Below, in pieces: positions 13,005-24,995 of a stretch of 64,000 bases of DNA (position 1 is the stretch's first letter; each line of letters opens with the position of its first letter). Origin of the DNA: Schizosaccharomyces osmophilus (Eukaryota). A model generated the notes under the pieces. It worked only from the letters and a program-made list of their open reading frames with translations, ran no database searches and was not told the origin of the DNA. The stretch spans positions 4,774,001 through 4,838,000 of the forward strand of contig NC_079238.1 in assembly GCF_027921745.1 (NCBI RefSeq), given 5' to 3'. The translations under genes were made by a program, and so were the position numbers.

Positions 13005-13221
13005 GTATGGTTGACATAAGACAAAATGGGTAACACTTATACATACATCTATATGTAACCATGCCCTTGGTCTAGTCGAAGAAATCAATGTTGTGCAACG
13101 TTTCAAGTGGAGCATATCTATCGTAGAGGCGTTCCATAGTTTGTAAGTTCAGCAATAAAAAAGTCCTGCATGTGCTTCTTTGTTTCGACAATAACCCAAG
13201 TGCAAGACAACAAAAAAGGAA

Positions 13222-13303
13222 CTCCCAAGGCGAGAATCGAACTCGCAACCTTCTGATAACCTTCGTAAGAGTCAGACGCTCTAACCGATTGAGCTACCCG
13301 GGA
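13222..13303 (-). tRNA. tRNA-Lys(CTT) with 8-nt intron (13258-13265)
   Basis: Reverse complement TCCCGGGTAGCTCAATCGGTTAGAGCGTCTGACT-CTT-A[CGAAGGTT]ATCAGAAGGTTGCGAGTTCGATTCTCGCCTTGGGAG; intron at the canonical 37/38 site; T6 terminator downstream. Confidence 0.95.
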
Positions 13304-13893
13304 CGCTTTACATATATATCAACACAAAATGTAATATAGCTAACATAGTGTGTAAGCAATATTCCACTATAAATGACATATCAATAAAGTGTTTCATCGT
13401 ATACGGATGATTAATGTTTTTTTTTTTTTTTTTTTTGACACATTTTTATTACGAACAATTAAACAAGTTTGATACTGTACAGGTGATTTAAATATATACA
13501 TAAAATTTGTGGCTCACTGAAACAAAAGTACAAATAAACTCTATAATAATTCAACACGTCAACAAGATTGTGTTCATATACCTCCTTAAAGAAAGGAACT
13601 GTGAGAGTTGAACCAAATGAACGATGGTGAGCAGAGAGCATGGAGTGGGACCCAAGGATATACGGCATAACAAATTAAAAATTGGGCAATTAAATAAGAA
13701 AGATCTCACTGCCGTTTCCTTAATCCATACTCACTAGTTGAAAAACCGCATAGCATTTTTCTATGCTGGATCTAGACATTCAGACATACCAACTATTAGT
13801 TTGTTTAGATTGCCTACTTTGCGAAAAGATGTAATGACAGGACTATACATTTCCTTATCACGAATCCTTTATACCTATACCTCCCTTGTTTTA

Positions 13894-15924
13894 TCATGAT
13901 GCACCATTTTTTTTCAACAAGTGTGAAAAGTACTGGGTTACAGCCCGGTAATGGTGTTCTAGCATGCTTGTTCCGGAATGATGTTCACTTTGAATTAAAC
14001 GACCGTACCTTCGTTTGTTTTTCTTTGGCTTTTTCCAGCATTCGTCTGAAGAATGCACAAAAATAAGAGAGTGTCGGAAATACCAGCTTGGTAAATCATC
14101 TTCAGAAGCAGTTTTCAGTCCTGTAAGTGGTTCTGAACCAAAGAAATTAACAATGCAGCGCACAGTTTTCGTCACATTACGCGAAGCAATCAAGTTCATT
14201 ACTCCTTCGGCTGCTTTTCCTGATGCAATAAAGAAAATATTTTTAGCTGATGCAAGCTCTATGTAGTTATCCCAAATATATGTGCATAACTTCTTCGTTT
14301 CTTCAAGCATATCGTATGGTTTGTTTTCACCTGTTACCACCTCTGGTATATTGACATCTATTAATCCAAAGTTTTGTTGCATGGCCCATTCTATGTACAG
14401 ACTGGCAGGATCTACTAAATAAGAATCTGATGGCTTCAAGGCATTGGAGTCTTTTCTACCATCCCCTAAAACAAGAGGTGCCTCATGAATAAGTATAACC
14501 AAGACATCTTTCTGAAAAAAATCATTCGAGCATAATGCCTGGTTGGCAAATGTTTCAGAAAGGGAATCGCGCAAAATCGGCAGATTGGTTATTTTCCAAT
14601 CTTCAAATAGTTTTTTTGCCTGATATGATCGTATAATATCGTGAAGTCTACTAACATGAGCATTGTCCGGATTAGCCGGTATATATTTTGGTCGCATGCA
14701 TCTCCAAAATTGCGACTGAATTTCTGTAACCTTATCAACTGTTTGAACTGCATGTTGTGACGCATACACCGTATGCAATCGACTGGGGGGTATTCCAATC
14801 AAACTTTGCGCTACAGCTAAAGCAGAAACACTTATAGCATCCAAACTATACCCTCCTTCTAAAGAAGCAAAAACTTTCCCATCTGCCAAACCCATCAGCA
14901 TTTGAGTCATATGAGCATAAGCTGGCGGTGTCACTAAACACTGACCAATGTGATCACCAGCGGCTGCATCAAACCCAGAGCTAATAATCACCAAATCTGG
15001 ATTAAACTCATAAGCAATGGGCATAACAACGCGCTGGAAGGCAAAGACATAATCACCATCACCCATGCCCGAGCATGGCCATGGAATATTGACACTACGG
15101 CCTAGGCCGGCACCTTCACCACAGTTTTCTGCACAGCCATATACCGTGCCAGGATAGAAACGTCCTTGTTCATAACGATGAATAGAGATATACAATACAT
15201 TTGGATCATCATAAAACGCCATCTGAGTACCATTACCATGATGCACATCCCAATCGATAATCAAAATTCTTTTAACTTTGTCGGGAAATCGCTGAAGCAT
15301 GCTTCTAGCAGCCACAGAGACATTGTTAAATAAGCAAAAGCCACCAGGTTTATGAGGCTCCGCATGATGGCCAGGAGGACGAACCACGGCAAATGCGTTT
15401 TTTACTTTTCCTGTGACAACGGCAGCACAAGTTTCAATAGCACTTCCACAGGCCAATCGTGCACAAAATGCACTCTCGTTATTAAAGTACAAGGAGTCAC
15501 TAATTTTTTCAAGATTGGCGAGATCCTCTCTAGACATTAATTCAGTTTTAGTGATTTTTTCATACATTTCGGGAGTATGTACTCTTAATAACTCTTCCAA
15601 TGTAGCCTCCCGTGATGGAAGGCGAAGAAAAGCATCAGCAGGACTAGGGGTATTTGAAACGTATCCAGCCTTTCGAATTGCTTCAAAGACACGAAGCACA
15701 CGCCTGGGATCTTCTGGGTGATCGTCTACTTCATTCAAAGTCGCATGAAATCGCATTCGTGGATCATAGCAAAGGCCGGATTTCTTAATTGCTTCCAAAG
15801 ATGCTGCATCTTCAGAAGAAATGAGAGTTTCCTGATTCGAAACATCGTTTTCTTTTTTCAATAATACTGACCAAGGTGTTACCGTAGTAGGTCCGTCGTC
15901 AGCAAGTTTTTTTTCCATAACCAT
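13894..15924 (-). CDS. clr3: Class II histone deacetylase Clr3 (SHREC)
   Basis: HPEDPRR, RPPGHHA, GGFCLFNN, DWDVHHGNGTQ, SSGFDAA, LEGGY and an Arb2-like C-terminus. First ATG is at 15924; the ORF-track start at 15969 is a TTG. Confidence 0.96.
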   Translation of the reverse strand: MVMEKKLADDGPTTVTPWSVLLKKENDVSNQETLISSEDAASLEAIKKSGLCYDPRMRFHATLNEVDDHPEDPRRVLRVFEAIRKAGYVSNTPSPADAFLRLPSREATLEELLRVHTPEMYEKITKTELMSREDLANLEKISDSLYFNNESAFCARLACGSAIETCAAVVTGKVKNAFAVVRPPGHHAEPHKPGGFCLFNNVSVAARSMLQRFPDKVKRILIIDWDVHHGNGTQMAFYDDPNVLYISIHRYEQGRFYPGTVYGCAENCGEGAGLGRSVNIPWPCSGMGDGDYVFAFQRVVMPIAYEFNPDLVIISSGFDAAAGDHIGQCLVTPPAYAHMTQMLMGLADGKVFASLEGGYSLDAISVSALAVAQSLIGIPPSRLHTVYASQHAVQTVDKVTEIQSQFWRCMRPKYIPANPDNAHVSRLHDIIRSYQAKKLFEDWKITNLPILRDSLSETFANQALCSNDFFQKDVLVILIHEAPLVLGDGRKDSNALKPSDSYLVDPASLYIEWAMQQNFGLIDVNIPEVVTGENKPYDMLEETKKLCTYIWDNYIELASAKNIFFIASGKAAEGVMNLIASRNVTKTVRCIVNFFGSEPLTGLKTASEDDLPSWYFRHSLIFVHSSDECWKKPKKNKRRYGRLIQSEHHSGTSMLEHHYRAVTQYFSHLLKKNGAS

Positions 15925-16851
15925 CCTAATTTGTGGTAAGCATTCAAAATAAGAGGAATTTAAGAACAAATAATATTATAAACGATAGAAAAATTGAAAT
16001 ATCTACAAAATTATCAGAGTTCCACGCCGTTTTTCTACGTATTATGCGTGTACCTCAAGTCCGGTAGTACCAATTGGTACAGCAAAGTATTCAAGTTTAC
16101 TGTATGGAGAAAAGGAAATTCATAGCAACTAAAGCATAAATGGCTTTTAGTACAATTTATTAATTTGGTAGATTATATTTATAGAATTTCAAATTTATAG
16201 GGCCTTCTTTTCCGAGCCCATAAAACATGCAAACAAGTACGTATGGAAACAAAAGCTCCAAATATCATCTTGAGAAAGTAGACAGATTTTTAAGAATAAA
16301 AAATAACATTGTATTAAAATAAAAAAGCAACACAGGAGAATGGGACTCATAAGTTAATGATCATCGATAATCAAAATGCTAGTCAAGGGCAACAAATAGC
16401 TTCTTCGTAAGTGTTTTTTCCTACTGTGAAAGGATTTATAAAAGTTAGAGGCGTTTTAATCAAAAGACGAACCAAAATATAATATCACTTTAATATATAT
16501 ACATAGAGCATCTAAACGGGTTACTTCTTCCTTTCACGTCAGTTTTGTTCCTACTTGCTCCCTGTTCGAAATCAAAAACTCAGAGCTTCTGTCTGTAAGC
16601 TATGATGTATAAAAATGGAGTGCGGCAAAATCATTATACCTTCCAAAAATGGACGGGGTGAGAGGGATTCGCAGTAAGGAGTAAGTCAACAAAAAGAATC
16701 ATAAAGGATAAAGGAAAATAATTAGAGAATAGCGACGTGGAAACTGATTTATCCGAGCGTTTAAAATATTCAGAACATGACCCAAACAAATAAATTGGTT
16801 TCAATCAAGATAACAATCATAATATTTACATCAGAAACATTTCTGTAGTCC

Positions 16852-17670
16852 TTATCCCTCAAAACCTTCGATGGAAAAGTTCCCAGAAGGAACGGCGTGA
16901 ACTAAACTCAAGATAGCCTCAGCTGCCTTACACTCCTCCCTTGAAAGAGAAAATGGTACTAAAGAATGGTCCTTTATATGATTCTCGATATATAGAGTTG
17001 AGGGAAGCGAACGATTGAATGCAAATCCACCTTGTTCGCCTTCATGCAAAAAGGCCATATGGCTGTTAAGTATGGTAGCTAGACCTCCATTCAAACTTAT
17101 AGGAGAAGAAGAAGGGAGGTCAAAGGGAATTTTTGGCTTCTCCAAAAGAGCATCGTGCGAATTTAACCATGGAGGGCTCGTTCTGTCCAAAGAGGAAGAT
17201 ACTGAGCTAGGACTAGAAGAGGATAAATTCCTAGAAATCAATTGCAAAAAGTCTTCCCGTGGACTAATCAATCGAGAGAAAGAATTCGCCCGTACTTTAC
17301 GTGGCTTTTCATCAAACGAATAAGTCTTCCTCAAGCCCATTGTGTCCAAATCGTTTATAGATCTAGATCTTTTATGCATTCCTTTTTTCTTTCGTATTAA
17401 ACTTTCGACCTGGTCCAACGTTTGATTTTCCCAACCACGGTCGACTTTGAAAACCGCGTATTTCAATCGTGCCTTCAATTTTTCAGACATCTAAAAGTAT
17501 TAGTTTACATTATTAACAGTAATAATTGAATAAGAGTCAACTAATCCCACATTATGGAATTGTAAAGGTAATTGGTACTTGAATCAGCTTAAATTCAAGA
17601 ATAAACAACGAACCTTGCTCAAAGAATTGTCAGAACCAGCTTTCAAATGCTTTTCTTTTGCCATTGTCAT
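16852..17670 (-). CDS. whi5: Whi5/Nrm1-family cell-cycle transcriptional repressor; exons 17670-17614, 17490-16852
   Basis: GTB motif LKARLKYAVFKVDRGWENQTLDQVE, many SP sites, C-terminal AAEAILSL. Intron 17613-17491 (GTTCGT..CTAAT..TAG). The frame stays open 41 codons upstream of 17670 without an ATG, so the true start is uncertain. Confidence 0.8.
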
Positions 17671-18319
17671 ACTTGGAGTACTCGAATGGCTTTCATTCAA
17701 GGGCAATGCGTGAAAATACTGGGCAAGTTGTAGAATATATTCGCAATCGTCAAAGGCTTCAATTAAATAACAACGTGAAGAACCAAGTGTGAATTATATC
17801 AAACGAAAACGCACACGAATTGATATTATTTGATGATTCGATATAAAAAAGCGCGTTTTTGATGGCTTCTGGTTATTAGTAGAAACGCGTTGCTTCTACG
17901 TTACGTGTTCGTGCTTCTTGGGTAGAGCTCACCTGAAAGCATTGAAGACCCCTAAAGTAGAAGAATTAAATTAAAAGAATTTACTCAAAAACATTTAATT
18001 GTTTTGTTATTTCTTTCATTTCTTCGTAGGACTTGTTTAACTATGACTCAGATATTTAGCAGCAATGAACTTGACTTTTGAGAACAATATACAGCGAGCG
18101 TGTGTTCGAAAGTAAATGTTGAAGCCAAAGATCTATTAATACATCATTATAAATTATATTTATTTCCTATTATAACCCAATTCTCCCATTTTTTTCTGTC
18201 CGATGCGTAAAAGGAATGAAACGAAAGGAGCATGCAAACAAAACAAAATATTTAGAAAAAATAAACCAACACCAAAATAAGTATTAATAAGCTTACCCAC
18301 ACACCTCCATAAAAAACAT

Positions 18320-21300
18320 TTATCGCCTAGATTTTTTGCCGCCAGAGGCAGCACCCGAGTCTTGACGAAGTCTTTTACCATTTTTAGCAAACCAGTTGGC
18401 TTTCTCTTCACGTTTCTTTTCCACATACACTTGCTCTTCTTTCTGGAGCTTTTTGTGATACTTCTCGTGTTCTTCGGTCTTCTTAGCTTTACGCTTGCTT
18501 TCTTTGTCAGACTTGAGGGTCATTACCTTCTGTAACAAATCACGAGCTTTTCGTTCGTCAGCGTTCAATAACACAGTGCGCTTTTGCATATACGTAGGCT
18601 TGCTTCGGGGACGAACTTCTTTAGGACGAGAAGCATAAGGAAGCTGCGCTTGCAAAGATGCAGGAACCTTCAAAGGATTGAAATGTCTAGTAGGTCGAAC
18701 AATTTCTTTATATTGGGAATTGGGAAGTAAGGGTGTTTTCAAGCCAAGTTCATGACGCACTTCACCTGTCAGTCGCATACCTGTCCACTCGTTCTTTAGT
18801 GGTTCTAACAAGTTCGCGACCGTCGTACAAAATTCACGAATTCGTACAGGGTACCATGCTCTCAAGAAAACTATATCACTCATTAACACTTTATCCTCGA
18901 ATGTAGCACGGAAATGGCCATGTTCTTTATCAACAGCTTTCTTAATTTGTCCTCGAATACCGGACACAGTCCTAATATTTGCACCTTCGAACTTGGCCAC
19001 TTCCAAAGGACTATTAAACATTTTCTTGATAAATGCTGTGTTCTTAAAGATTTTGTATGGAACACCAGTTAATTTCAGCTTTTTCACAATTTCACTCGAT
19101 TGGTTAACATCTAGAACGGTACCAGTCGCAGCAATTCTGAAACTACCAGCTTTAGCATATTGATTAGCAACATACTGCACCGCACAAAATCCCGTGTTTG
19201 GTGCAATGAATGGTCCGTAAAATGTAGCGAAGCAGTGCATATGCTCTGGGGTATACTTCAACATCCTGTTTCTAGTACGGGAATCACTGATAGAGTAGAC
19301 TGGGACTGACTGTACTCGTCTCCAACCCAAGCTGAAAATTAACGGATCATTTGTTTTTAAAATCTTCTTATGCCAGCGGTGTCTCTTAATACGAACTTGA
19401 ACAAGTCCATGTCGCTGTTCATTTGGCAATAGACCACCAACAACCACTGGATAACGAGAATCGAAGTGCTCAACGAACTCATAAGGAACGCCTTTTAGAA
19501 CGAGACGTACATATGCACCGGCACGATATCCCTCAATTTCAGCTCTACTTTCGGGATCCATGTCATTGAATGCTTCCCTATTTATATCCAATTGGCGCGC
19601 AATCTTTTCCTTCTCTTCTCCGTACCAATCGACATCTTTCTTCTCTGGATCGCCACGATCTTCTTCCTCAAAACGAAGCCTAAGTTCTTCCTTTTTGCGA
19701 GCATTTTCCTCTCTCTCTTTTTCAAACTCAGGAGTTTCATCTTCGCCTGCCTCGTGTGATTCCTCCTCGTCATTTGAGGGCTGTGCATTCTCATTATTTT
19801 CAACACTACCCTCGTCTTCCAAATCCTCAAAATCCCCCGTTTCCTTTTCTTCCTCGCCAGCTTCGTCATTATCCCCTTCCTGGGAATCTAACAAACTGCC
19901 AGTAATAAAATGATATTTGATTTGAGCAAGACGTTCGGAATCCGCATATTTCTGTCCATAACGTTCGAGTTCTTCCTCAAAAGAACTTTTTTCGTTCTCT
20001 TGAGTGGGGCCCTCCGAATCAACTTCTTTAGGTTGAAAAAAGTCATCTTCATCTCCTTCATCTGCGTCGCTTCCGTCTTCCTCTGCATCCAACGATTCAC
20101 CACGAATTTCAGACAATGCTTGATCGGGTGAAAGAGATTCATCATAAAACACTTTTTGTAGATTCCTACGACGTCGACGACGAGATTCAATGAACGAAGC
20201 TGTAGCCCGAGAAGCCATACCTTCTTTCCATTTCAAATCAGACGATTCTTCTTCACCAGAAAGATCACCAAGGTCTGAATCACTTTCAGCAAAGGCAAAA
20301 TTCTCTTGAGCACCTTCGTCCTCATTATCCTTGGCCGCTCCAATCTTTTCAGAGTAATCAACGTCGTTTTCGTCACCAGACTCGTTTTCGGAGTCATTTG
20401 CTTCATTCTCCTCAAGATGCAGCATATCATCAGAAACGACGCCTGTTGGTTGACGTCGAGCTTTTCTGCCAACATCATCAGAGACTCCTTGATCATTTTC
20501 AGAATCAACGAGATTGGTATTGCTGAAAAGTTGGATACCAGATGAAGAGTTAGCACCCAAAGGTTGATGAGCTTCTTGTAATTGCATGACCATACGTTCA
20601 CCAACACCAGCTTCAGAGTTGTCATCCTTGGAGAAGTTTGAAGTAGGAACATCTATATATACACGATCCTTGTCAAAAAGGATGCCACCGATATCAGCCA
20701 TTGGACCATAGATTAATTTCTGTTTTTCGGAAAGTCTGCGTCTTCTGACTTTATCAGCATCTGGAGGAGGACAGGGGTCATCTAATCTAGAAGCATCAGA
20801 AATGGTAAAGTCACCAACACCCGGGACGTGAACTGGTGCATCATGCTTCGGTAAGTTTGTACCATGAAGGTAACCATAGAGAGTAACAGTTCGAGAGACC
20901 TTAGGATTCTCTTCAATTTCGGTAGGCAATGTTAAGTCTTCCATACGATCAGCAAGCAAATACGGGTGCTGATTGCGCCATTGAAGAGGACGGAACTTCA
21001 TGACGCTAATAAACCTCGACAAGTTCAATATTTCACGATCGGGATATCTTCCGTTTAGGACACCCGAAAGATAAAATAACTTAGCACCTTGATATAACTC
21101 TGTCCAAAAACGATGTTTCAAATGCTTCTTGGCAGCACGAAGGGTAGCAGGCTTCTTGAATAAATCTAAGTGAGTCAGCACGCCCATAATTCGGGGCATT
21201 CCATGAGGTGCTAAAATGTTAAGAAATTCCATTGTTTCCATTTCAAACCCAAAGTTGGCGTCAACTAGAAGCAAAACGAGGTCGGCAATCTTTGCTACAT

Positions 21301-21743
21301 CAATCATGGAACTCAAATCATTAGGGCATTCCAAAAAAGTAATTCTTCGTGATTTGCCAGCAACCACAGTAATAGGCCCAGTGATATTGGATACCGTATA
21401 TTTGGAATATCTTTTGACTAAAGATTTGATTAACGTAGATTTTCCTGTTCCAGGAGGACCCATAACAGCAACAATTACAGGTGGCGGCGATTCATCAGGC
21501 GTACGATCGACCATCGGAACGTGCAACTTCTTTTGAGACAAGTCTGCAGTCCTCATGGCCTGTCTAGCCATACGTCCTGCCGAAGATACGGAAAATGCCT
21601 AAATTGTTAATCTTCTATTGGGAATCTCTAATTCAACATACCTTAGGATTGCTCTCTGGATTGGCATTGGGAGCTTTCCTTGATTTTTTCTTTTCCGCTT
21701 TAGGCCCAGAATGCTTTGCATAATGGGCTTTTTTTTCATCCAT
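18320..21743 (-). CDS. bms1: Ribosome-biogenesis GTPase Bms1; exons 21743-21642, 21598-18320
   Basis: [10 protein letters not shown]-loop, AARP2CN region, acidic middle, [14 protein letters not shown]; 43-nt intron 21641-21599 (GTATGT..TTAAC..TAG). Confidence 0.97.
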
Positions 21744-21886
21744 GACTAAAAATGCTAGTTGTAGGATGTTGGCAAGTGCACTTACTGTTCACAGAAAAAA
21801 TCAGGTACAAGTATCACGCAGGTAACAATGCAAGCTATTTGAAAAGTATGCAGTTCCTGTCGGAGTTCATGGTTTTATAGGTTTTA

Positions 21887-21891
<5 letters not shown>

Positions 21892-21917
<26 letters not shown>
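21892..21917. repeat. Poly(dA:dT) tract of 26 bp between the gle1 3' end and the bms1 promoter
   Basis: Read directly. Confidence 0.9.
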
Positions 21918-21918
<1 letters not shown>

Positions 21919-22067
21919 TGTTAATTCTACAATATTCTGAGAAATCGATACATCCAATTTGCACTCATTACTTTCTAAATTAGCACATCGCTATTAAGAG
22001 AGGTTGTATAGTTAAATTTGCTTTAATATCATAATTAATCCAAAAAAAAACCAAAAAGACATAATAC

Positions 22068-23484
22068 CTAGGGTTCAAAGGAGAAATCCAGTCCTCCTTT
22101 ACCGTTTAACCAATCCTCACCAACGATACGCAAACGGCCATATGGACTTCCACCTCCTTCTACTCCGACATAAGGCATACTGAAAGAAGCAGCAAGTAGC
22201 TTTCTGCCTTGATTTCCGTATATGCGCAAAAGGGCTCGACCAGCGATATCCAAATATGTAGTTACGATAGAGCAAAGGGTTTGACCTAAATCTAAGTCCT
22301 TGTCCAAAAATTCCCTAGGAGAAGTCAAATTGAGAAGACGAGAGAAAAGTTTCCAGCTCCTAGGACCTAATGAATCATCGAGAGACACGAAGGCTGCATA
22401 AACAGCAAAAATACCACATTGTCGTTCAATGTAAGGCGCTTGTTGTTCATACCGCCCATCAGCAAGTTTTCTGTAGCCCAACTTTTTTCTTCCAACTTCT
22501 GTGTGTAGATTATAAATGGTAGGAATTACCCATGGACACTTCTTCTGTAATCGTGCAATTAGCAAATCAAGAAGATCCGGATTTTGGGAACATAAGAGGA
22601 GACAGAGTTTCGCTAACGGAAAGGCACTAGAAAGATTGACTGAAACCTCGGCCTCTGCTTGCTTTACGACAGCCTTGCAGAAAAAATTCAGAACCCATCT
22701 ATATACCAGAGGTCCTTTAGTTTGAGCTTCCTGAAATGTCCCTTGTACAAGACTAGTAATTTTTTGAATCTGGCTGTTACTTTTGGTTATTTGACCTAAT
22801 CGTGGAGTAATCTTCCGTCTCTGAGAGAAACAAAAGTTTTTGAGGTCCTTGTTTTCAGAGACTGGCTTGGCAACATCACTTTTGATATTCTCAATAATGT
22901 CCCAATAGTAGCTTGCATCCTTTTGTGGATCATCTCCGAACCGTTCTTTCAATTCCTTTTCTTGTTGTGAAGCTTGATCCTGAGTTTTCTTTACTTCATC
23001 CTTCTTTTTCTGCTCTTCTCTTTCCCTTGCTTCCCTCTCCTTTGCTTCCCGTATTTCTTTTTCTTTCTTTTCCTTTTCTTGTCGTTCATGTTCTTCTCTC
23101 TTCTTTCGTTCCGCTTCTTCTCTTTGAATCTTCAAGCGCAACTCACGTTCGCGCTTTTCTCTTTTTATTCGGGCTTGTTCCTCCTGCACTCTTTCAACTT
23201 CTTGGATTGTCGCTTGAATTATATCGTTTTCTTTTTGATTGCGTTTTCTCGCCCAGTCTTTAGACGCAAAAGTTGGAGGAGTGATAGGTTTGGCATTCTC
23301 AGCACAGTAGATGGGAACAGGAGGTTTTTTCTTTAATGCTCTATGATTCCACTAATTATAATTAGTTCTCTGTAAAACAACCTTAAATAGGGTCTCATAC
23401 CGCAGCAAATATCCGTCGAGTCTCATCGTCATATAAATCCCAAATATCTTCTGCATCGAGGCCAGTATTTGGTAAAGAATTCAT
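22068..23484 (-). CDS. gle1: mRNA export factor Gle1; exons 23484-23401, 23351-22068
   Basis: Charged coiled coil followed by GLE1 domain (KAVVKQAEAEV, LIARLQKKCPWVIP). Intron 23400-23352 (GTATGA..CTAAT..TAG) extends the ORF to an ATG at 23484. Confidence 0.88.
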
Positions 23485-24100
23485 AAATTCATTTGATAGG
23501 GACGTATTGTGAATGAAATAACCATCTCTGGTTTCCATTTCAGAGGTACAAGCAAAATGGTCGATCCACCTAAGAATCGTTGTTTACGAGTGAACTTGTA
23601 ATGGGTAAACAGTTTACTAATAAATGAAGTAGCAACAATATAAGCAATCAAAGAAAAGTCATACATAGGTAAACGTTCATTTCACTCTGAATTGAAAGAA
23701 TAAAAGAATAAAAAAAGAAACTTTTCCATGTCTGAAAGGCGAAAATATCGTCTACTGTTATCCTTCAAGTAGATTACGAGAAAAGCAATACTTGATGAGA
23801 AAACGAGACTCTTACTTGGTTGTTTAATTGATTTAAAAATAGCTTAAATAGAAAAGAAATAAAACCATGTTTGGAACTTGTAAATAAGGAAAACATAATT
23901 GATTCATCTCAGCATAGAAAACATTCAGTAATAGGAAAACAAGGAAGCAGATCAAGAGTACTGTAGGGAAAAATAAATAAGTAATAAAATTAGAAAAAAA
24001 AAACACCCGTAAAACGTATAAATCAGCAGAGGAACAACGGAAGATACTTTACAGTATTATATGTATATAGTCAATTACGACGAAAAAATTTGGAAACACA

Positions 24101-24995
24101 TTAACCGACTATGAGGGCAGTTAAAATGATACCCAAAATAGCGACTAATATAATTAAAAAGCATAGACTGCGTTTTCTTGCTTTTCTAGACCTCTCATTC
24201 GCAATTTGCAACTGCTTAGAGGCATTTTTTGTATTCGTAGCGGTATTTCCAATGTTGTATTCAATATTTGTCACCAGCTCTCCCTGCTCATTCACTATCG
24301 TGCTTAAATCACCTAAAGTTCAGTTAGTCGACAGATCATCAAAATTTCGTAAAAAGTCATTCACAAAAGCGAAGAATAGAAATATGGATGAACATTTTAG
24401 GAAAAAAATACTTACGGAAAATGTCATTTAATTCGCCAATTCCTTGGGTTATATTGTCAATTTCACCTTGTCGTTCGTGAATTAATCGCTGCTGATATTC
24501 CAATTGAGAATTCGACAACCTTCTTTGGGTATGCAAATGCTGGGTACTTCTAGCTTCTGTCAGAGCATGTCTGGCATGCTCCTCTTCTTCTAATGCCTGT
24601 TGGCTCGCATCTTGGTTTAGAGCAGCTTGAGCCGCTGCCACTGTATCCGTTTCTTGTTGAGCACACTTCTGTTGAACACGCTGAAGTTCGGCCAACACGT
24701 TGTTAAAATCCTTCGTAAGCTTTGAGACTGCAAAAGAAGATGCTTCCTCTCCAAATTTTGAATCTCGAATGTTGGAAAGACGGATCAGATCTGCTCGTAC
24801 GTTTTGAGACAAATCTCTAGACTTTTCTAATAATTCATGAAGATTTTTCGTGATGTTGTTGACCAAATATCTGTGAATAGCTGCCGTATTTCCTCGTAAA
24901 ATGTGGATTTTTTGAGCTATAGAGTTGGCTACCGATGCAAACTCTCCATTTTGATCAGTGTAGTTTCTTCCTTGTTCTAAATCTGCAAAAGACAT
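24101..24995 (-). CDS. pep12: Endosomal/vacuolar syntaxin (Qa-SNARE); exons 24995-24416, 24312-24101
   Basis: Habc domain, SNARE motif ELNDIFR|DLSTIVNEQGELV, C-terminal TM; intron 24415-24313 (GTAAGT..CTAAC..TAG). Confidence 0.9.

Noticed and set aside
11130..13014. Short ORFs sharing 'GRTGNRTQVSRI' (also 36097-36279)
   Set aside because: Translations of the tRNA-Gln genes, not a protein family.
16518..16526. GGGTTACTT telomere-like word
   Set aside because: Single copy, expected by chance.
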